Assembly (NCBI GenBank): GCA_000934665.2
Contig: KZ538006.1
Location: 248,001 to 312,000, forward strand
Direction of reading: 5' to 3'
Source of the DNA: Catajapyx aquilonaris
Lineage: Eukaryota
Length of the DNA stretch: 64,000 nucleotides
The notes below the pieces were generated by a model, which was not told the origin of the DNA, did no database searches, and worked only from the letters and a program-made list of their open reading frames with translations. Positions 56,501-64,000 of this stretch are shown in pieces. Numbering within the stretch: the stretch's first letter is position 1; every line of letters begins with the position of its first letter. Position numbers and translations under genes: made by a program.

Positions 56501-59500
56501 CCCTTCACTCTCATAGAGTACTGCACATATGGAATGGGTCAGGCAATCATGAACAACTATTAGCACTTGACTGCTTCCCGCATCATTAAACCCCCTTTTA
56601 AAACTAGCACGACAATTTCACACTTAAAAAGGGTCTGGAGAAAGCGATCGCGGTAATCTGTCATTACCCATCTAATTTTGGAAACGTGCTCATCCCAGAG
56701 AAGGGATTTAATTATTGAATACAAAAATAATTATGCATCGACCTGCTTGGCACATTATACAGGCGAAGAATTATTGACTTTGAAAGCTGCGAGCGTGGGA
56801 CAAGAGAGTCCTTTTTTTCCCGTTCGGTAACCATCCGTGACACTTGGCGTGACCTATTACACCCCGGCTAATTGTTTCTTCATTTCTATGAGTTCCTTCG
56901 CGCCTCTGAGCAAGGCAGAAAAAATAATTATACGCGTGTATATAGGGACTCATTTTTTGTCTTTGTCCTTGGTGTTGATTGATGGGAATGAGATTGAGGG
57001 AGTGGGAGTGTGGGACACTGTGCTGAGAACCTTTAACATCAAAAGTCTGGAGTCTTTTGTGGAATTATTTTTAATTTTTAAGTTTTAAGAACTGTTTGAC
57101 ATTAGGCCTACTCACAAACTGGCCAAAGAAACGCTTGTATCTCTAATCGCTTTATTGTTGCATACAAAATGATGACTACTTTCATCAATAAATTAATTTT
57201 AATAATATTCTTCCTTACCTGCTATTATGTCATTGTTAATGGGAATTCTCATATTGTTTACTCCATATTTTTGGTCGATTCGGGATAAAAAGGAGGAATC
57301 CCGGAATATACACCCGCCTTGGCTTCTTCGGTATAGAGAGTGAAAGGAGTCGTTCCGCATCTCTTGCCCTGTGGTTTCCCTTTCGTCCTTTCTCCCTCAT
57401 CCGACTTCTTTCCATTGAAGAGGACAGACGACAACAACAACAAAACAACAACACTCTTCGGTCTATATAACATACGTCAACCAACAGGTCTGTCACAGAT
57501 GTTGCGATTACACAACCTATGCGGTTCTTGTTTTTTTTTATTGAAGAAAAAATGTTTACGTGTGGGAAGATGGAATGAGAAGAAAATCGACAAATGTAGA
57601 GCGTGATGCACAAATTTTCAAATCAATGGCACATTGACAGGTAAGCGAGATATAGAGCGCGTGCGTGAAAAAAAAGGCGTATGAGAGAAAATCGGGTCAG
57701 ACACAAAATAGGGCTCGTTAGACTGCATACCTCACCACTCCCTTCATGGATATCAACCCCCCCCCCCCCATCACACCTTCTGTAAAATAATCATTACTTA
57801 GTAGGCAATGCAACTCTTGTGATGGGCTGGTAGGGGAAAGCGTTCGGGGCCACCATGAAACCTCCTGGCAACGTGAGATGGCTTGGACGAAAATTGCGTA
57901 AAGTAGTTCAAGTACTGCTATTCCTGGTCATTTCGTAAAGTGCATTGTACAAACAAAGCTTTACAATACACCCAATGCACAGCAGTATGGCTATAACTTA
58001 TTAAAATCACCAGCTCCTGATATCACTAACTTCTGATCCGCCCTTATCATCTCATACTGGCCGGAACTGGCAGATATTGCTGCCATTCACAGCTTCGTCA
58101 AGTTATTAAGTAAGATTTAAAATAGCATGGCTTGTTTCCAATATTATTTTAGATAATAATAAGTAGTTAAGAATATACAGCATCGTAGTTTGGCTCTGTT
58201 TATTGTCAGAAATTCAAAGTTATATAGGCATACATATTGATATTATGATTGACATTAATCAATACAATATTTCATATATGGCTTGATTTTATACTGTGTG
58301 GGTGTTGATGTGAACCTTTAATATAATATTTTTCTAACGGGTTAAGTAACAGACTGCTTTTTTTTGTGTTGCCCCATGATAGGCCCTCTTAGGGGGGCAA
58401 ATTAATGATGATGATACAGTATGATCTGTTTTTACGCATTACAAATAAAAATTTGACACTCACAACGTCCGAGAACGGCGAGAAGCGCAATTATAACGTC
58501 ACTGCCTGCCATACAATACGTAATCCAAAGCAAACTACTTCCACCAAGTGCAATAATACTCGTATTAAAGCTGTTGGGATTCAAAAAGTACCCTTAGGTG
58601 AAGCAGAATAACTTGACTAATTTATTTCTACTGGTGGGAAAGTAATAGGCCTAGTTGCCTGTCTTTCAGGCTTAGTGCATTCTTTAGTTTGCATGTACCG
58701 TACCGTACTTACAGTAACTTATCTTATTACTGACAGCACGGAAAGGGCAGAATATGGAATCAATTGAAATACTGACCTCGATTGATATATCTATACAGTG
58801 TAGACCGTGTGTATAGATTATGCTGGGGGGTGTATTGTGCTATAATTACAGTTTTACTTGATATTGTTGGCAGAGATGTGTGTTTTTAACATATAGGCTG
58901 ATGGCTTGCTTGTAGTTTTAGCAGCAATATTGTTGAACTGACATTGGTAGACAGAATAATGTAATTGTTTTCAGGGCAGTTTATAGTGTTAAGTTTAGTA
59001 GTGTCATCTGTCATGTGGTGTAGGGGAAGTGGAGGCCCGGTGAACCAGGAGTTGTTGACACACTGGTTTGTGTTATGGAATGTGATGTACTGGTTCCTGA
59101 AGGAGAGCTACTGGCTGAGCTCTTCAGCCCAAGAGTTGAAGCGGTTGACTGTTGGCTGCACTTACGTAATGCTTCATTCAGCTTATCAATTTCACCTCTC
59201 GCTGCAATTAAAATAAGTGTTTAAAGTCACTGCAAAGCACTAAAGGTATATGCACGTATGGCAAGGTGGTGCAAGGGCGATCCAATGCTCGAATAATTAA
59301 TATTTCCTGCTGTACGAGTATATTACAACAGGCCAATGTACTTGCCAACTTGCGTATGTCTTGCATGTCTTCTTACAGCATTGATGGATTATTCAGTATT
59401 TAAATCACATTCACTGATGAATTATCCATACGTATTTTCTTTAATCGTCATTTTAATTATGGCAGTACCTAAACTTGTCACATAAAACTGAGCAGGAAAT

Positions 59501-60361
59501 ACATTGTTAGCAATGTCGTAAGTAGGGATTATCTTTGAATTGGATCGTCACTGTCACCCAGCATGAGCCATAAGTCAAGTAAAATTATTATCAGCATACT
59601 TACACTGAATTATGACAGAGATGAGGGCATTGGTGATGCAAAATAGGCTTACGGACAAGCCAACAATGGCTACAATGTACCGTTTCTCCCGCGTCGTCCT
59701 TTTGGCCCAAAATGCACATCTGCTGATATAATTAGAGCACTTTAAGCACAGTACCACATTTAAATACTTGTGGCATCTTCACCTTATGACACTCCTGGAA
59801 TAAAATATTGTTGGTGCCCTACCTTCCTTCTTCTCCGCTGTCTGCCATCTTGAAGTGATGGTGTCAGCACTTTGTCAGCTCGGATTTGCAAGTGTCAAAG
59901 ATACTGGATGTACACCAGGAAAATTTTTGCACTCTGCATTCTACCTTGTTGTAGTCAGAGACAACTGATAAATTGTAATTATGGAAACTGACGTCATAGG
60001 GATCAAGTTCTTAGTTTTGTGATGTGATGAGGGTCGTAAATAATAAATATAAATATTCACGGTATCATATTAATGAAACTGTTATCATACACTGTCAATA
60101 ATCCAGAGGAATTTATACCTTTATTTTACAAGATCCATATGAAGCATAATTTACAATTCTGTATATTACATGCATAACCTTCCTTATTGTCTCTAATACT
60201 ACGTACAAAAAATATTATTAGAGCTGTGCACATTTTTGTTGATCTTGTTTTTGGAAATTTACAGGTAGCAGATTTATATAAGTATTTATATTATACACAG
60301 TCACGCTGTTTGTCTGTGTTTATTATGATGAAGACGTTACATTTAAAGCAACCGTTAAATA

Positions 60362-60752
60362 AATTGAATCGAGCAAAAGAAGAACAGCACATGTCACAAA
60401 ATGCAACTTTTTCAGGAGAGACAAAAAACTGATTACAGAGCTTACCGTTCACGACTGACAGTTCATACTTTCGGCTATATTAGCAGACAGGCATAAACGC
60501 TTCCAGAAATGTAATTTGGTACTCAATACATTAATTAACTATTGAGACGGAAAAACAGCACAAATCCGGGGATATGTGCTGTTCTTCCAGCACACATACA
60601 AACTTTGTCCCGTTCTCCTGCCTTACTCATGCAAGTGACATGTGTTTCTTTTCCATCAAACGATGCACATGGACAAGGACTACCACATCCCACGATAATC
60701 TCATTTTCGCAAAAAATGGACTTGTGCTGTTCTTCTTTTGCTCGATTCAATT
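60362..60752. mobile_element. ~390 bp element bounded by a perfect 30 bp inverted repeat (MITE-like)
   Basis: aattgaatcgagcaaaagaagaacagcaca (60362-60391) and its exact reverse complement (60723-60752); partial internal copies at ~60540-60590; no TSD seen. Confidence 0.7.
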
Positions 60753-61177
60753 GCATTGTGAATTATTTGTGATATGTGGCAAAGATGTTCTTTCACTGGG
60801 CTCGTTCTTCCTTCTGTGTAATAAAACTTTATTAGTTACATATATTATCAATAGCAATATCTCATGGAAACATTTCCCCTTTACAATACGATGCAATAAA
60901 GTGCCACAGAGTCGACACATTTATAACTGTCGCAATTTTGGACTTTCCACTGACTCTTTCAATTTGTAACTAAGCGTGTAACGCACATTACGAGTTTAGA
61001 GTAACATGGTTTGCGCCTAAAAAGCACCAAAAATATTATGTGCGTGAGATGACTATCTTTTATTTTTTAACTTTTTTGTCAGTTTAATTAGTTATTATTA
61101 TTAGTTCAAACTCTACCAGTTGCTACCATTTTCGGCTCTCCTCTCTGTACAATAAGGTTGAGTTGATATCTAATTTT

Positions 61178-64000
61178 TCACCACAAACTGCATGTGTCGC
61201 CAGGCTGTGCAGTGCAATTCCACGCTTCATAAAATGCTTTAAAATTGCGCAATGGTCCCAAAACACGAAAACGACTCGGGCTGTAATGACCTCTCAGTGC
61301 TTGAATGTACAGCGAACTTGGAGTTGAAAAGGAACACCAATTCTGCCACAGAAATATTACAATGCAATTAATAGTTAATAATTCAGAACTGGTTTGCGCA
61401 TAAAACTGACAGGATACCATTACTTACATTTGCAAATGAAATGAAGAAAAGTTGTTCTTCGGTGTAATTCTGGAAACCCGGAAGGTCATACTCTGTGAGT
61501 CCGTTATTCTTTATGTCACTCTGAAAAGACCTAAATGCAATTCGAATACCACCGTCGTCAGCTATGTTTTCGTGTAATGTTAAATTTCCATTTAGATGAA
61601 CCTGCAAAATTAATCGTCATTTTGTATTAATGTTACTGAAATCAAACCAGTACTTTCATCACACCGTAATTATAATATGATACACGAGTTATTACCATAG
61701 TTCCATTTTGAAAAGGAGCTTCAAAATTGTTGTACTCTTGCACAAAACATTGCGCTCTCTTCCGATATTTGTTAATTGTGCCGTAGCTCCACCAGTCAAC
61801 CAAATTGCCATTAGAGTCGTAGTTACGTCCTGAATGTGTCAGAGAAATAATATAATGAGAGTAATAAACCTTATGGTTCATTACGCAAAAGAACTTGCCT
61901 TGATCATCAAATCCGTGAATGATTTCATGGCCAATAATCATTCCAAGAGCTCCAAAGTTAAGTGAGCTGTCGGATTATTAATATTAACTCAAAAATGGTA
62001 TTTTAAACAATGCAAAAACTACGCTTTTTCATTTCATGCTTACCCAAAACCAGGGTCAAAGAACGGAGGCTGCATTATTGCTATAGGAACAGCTAAAAAC
62101 ACAAAATTATAAGTTAATTTAGTGATAGAATGTATGTTAACATTCTCGATCGAGACTAATCTGTGAAACTTACTGATGGAATTCAAATGAGGATAGTAAT
62201 ATGCGTTGACTGTCATTGGAGATCTCTGCCACCTGAATTTTGTTTTATAACTCTGCATTAGTGCATAATTTGTTGATAAACTATTACTGTAAATATGTAT
62301 AGCACATACCCGTCATTTCCTACTTCCTTTCGCAACAGTGACAAAGTTTTCGCAACGCTCCACTGCAACAGGTTCAATACATTTGAAAGGTGATCGGAAT
62401 CGTCCATGGCGAGCTTTATAAAAGTAAAAAAAAAATGTCAGTAAGATCTCTTACGGTTGAGAGAAGTTTTATTTACTAACAAGTGCTTAGCAGGTTGAAG
62501 TGTTAAAAATTAGCTCATTATTTTAAGGTACCTTTTCGTAAAATTGATTTAGATCTGACTGGTCTTCTACAATGGCAGGATACATCACATTCACAGTCAT
62601 AGCTGCAAGTTTTTCTTCTGCTTTTCTTCTCGTTGAAATATCCATCCATTGTAAATGTTGAAGCGAAACATTGAAAGAGTCCTTTAGGCTCAATACCATT
62701 TTAGAAATCTGAAATAACCACAAATAATAAAATGCAATACTTTTACATTGATCTGTGTTTTTACACACCTGTTCAGCGTGGTAATTGTTTCCTTGGTTTT
62801 TATTAATGTACATTTTGGTAAGGGCTAATCCCATAAAGGCGTTCAGATTCGAGATGCAAGTAAACCATCTGTAAAATGAAGTTTTTAATAATTCCCCAAG
62901 TTGGAATAACTGTGTTATGGAAAGTGAAGTTATTTATTTATACTCTCTCTTATACTGTACAAGTGACCCATATATAGGATGATCCTGAAATTAATCAACG
63001 TTACCTGTTACTCTTCTCTGTTGTGGATGTAAGAGGTGGATCAGACCTTACGACTTCTGAGCCTAAATGAAGCATCATTCTAAAAGTGAGGTAATTAACT
63101 GCAACATAATAATCCCATATCAGACAGCGATGCAATGTGGAAAGATTTTATGACTTTACCCAATGTATCCCAACTTGTGTCGTGCAAAAGTTTCAGCATG
63201 TCCGAAAAGTATTTGGGTTTCCGAACTAAGATAGGTTCGTATTCATCAATGGAAATATCTGTTTCTGCAAAAACAGCTACCATATACTCTGTCCAATTCA
63301 TCTAGAAGAAATTAAAAGATAAGCAATATAACGCATGCAAATATTGGTTTACAGGGGTTTACCTTAATTCCATACTCTGAGGGTTCCTCTGAGGATTCTG
63401 AAGAATTTTGCAACATATCTTGCAATTTTTTCAAAGTCATGAATTGGTATGCATGGGAAATTACATTTTGACTGATTGGATATGTCAACTATAGAATGAA
63501 TCGAATCACTTTATTAGTGGAATATCTCACTGTCAGCAGCAGTATTTCTTGTGGTTCATATGAAAAATGTAATTTTGATAATTTTAAAGTATTGCATACA
63601 CACCTTGGCCAATGTAATTTCAAATTCCAAAGTAGAATTTACAATCGCATCAACATCATAACCTGTATAAGTAGAGTATAGGCTGTAGTGCTGCGAGTCA
63701 TTATTTTGTGCCTCCTTAAACAGGCATATCAAATTATGCAATGATGGGTGGAGGTAACAAAATGTACCAATATTTACTAATTATTTTGCCTGTTGTGATC
63801 ATTTAAATATATTTTTGAATGATGGTCTAACCCACATGAAAGTGAGGAGGCAGCTGCTTGGGTCCAAGAATCACGTGCAATTTCTCTGTAATTCCTGAAT
63901 GCAGCTGACTCAACTCCGGTCAACAGGTCATCTCGATCAAGACCTAAGGATGTCGGTTCTACCTGCGAAGTATTCAAATCGTAAATAAGGGCAGTTTAAA
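61178..64000 (-). CDS. Second neprilysin-like M13 peptidase, 3' part only (5' end beyond the window)
   Basis: Exons include 63301-63160, 63098-63005, 62868-62769, 62708-62532, 62413-62310, 62232-62174, 62092-62044, 61966-61899, 61829-61696, 61601-61428, 61342-61178; VNAYY, HEIIH, HENIAD, HYSPSRFRV, TCSLW*. Confidence 0.93.

Noticed and set aside
55673..57600. Candidate non-coding 5' exons of the first neprilysin (donors near 55672 and 57219)
   Set aside because: Splice-like words only; needs transcript evidence.
58371..58415. Short cccc...gggg stem-loop with (ATG)n tail resembling the SINE 3' end
   Set aside because: Too short, with no TSD, to assign.

Overview
Intron-rich eukaryotic genomic DNA, most likely arthropod (short introns, arthropod-type proteins); the species cannot be determined from the sequence. 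Exon models were built by hand from GT/GC-AG sites and reading-frame continuity. Left to right: legumain (-), proteasome ATPase Rpt6/PSMC5 (+), three tandem copies of an unrecognised small gene encoding a signal-peptide protein with a GPI-type C-terminal signal (+), a three-level nested transposon stack between copies 1 and 2, a decayed 3' fragment of DHX8 carried by the same ~3.5 kb tandem duplication, intact DHX8/Prp22 (-) head-to-head with ICMT (+), a ~1020 aa secreted Ser/Thr/Arg-rich mucin-like gene and a smaller secreted gene of similar composition (-), and two tandem M13 neprilysin-family genes (-), the second running off the window. The most notable item is the triplicated gene. Its signal and GPI exons and its introns are nearly identical between copies, while the mature-protein exons differ mainly by amino-acid-changing substitutions. 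Copies 2 and 3 also carry a pair of NF-kB-type sites ~340 bp upstream. Together these suggest a rapidly diversifying, possibly immune-inducible surface-protein family; this is inference and has not been tested.
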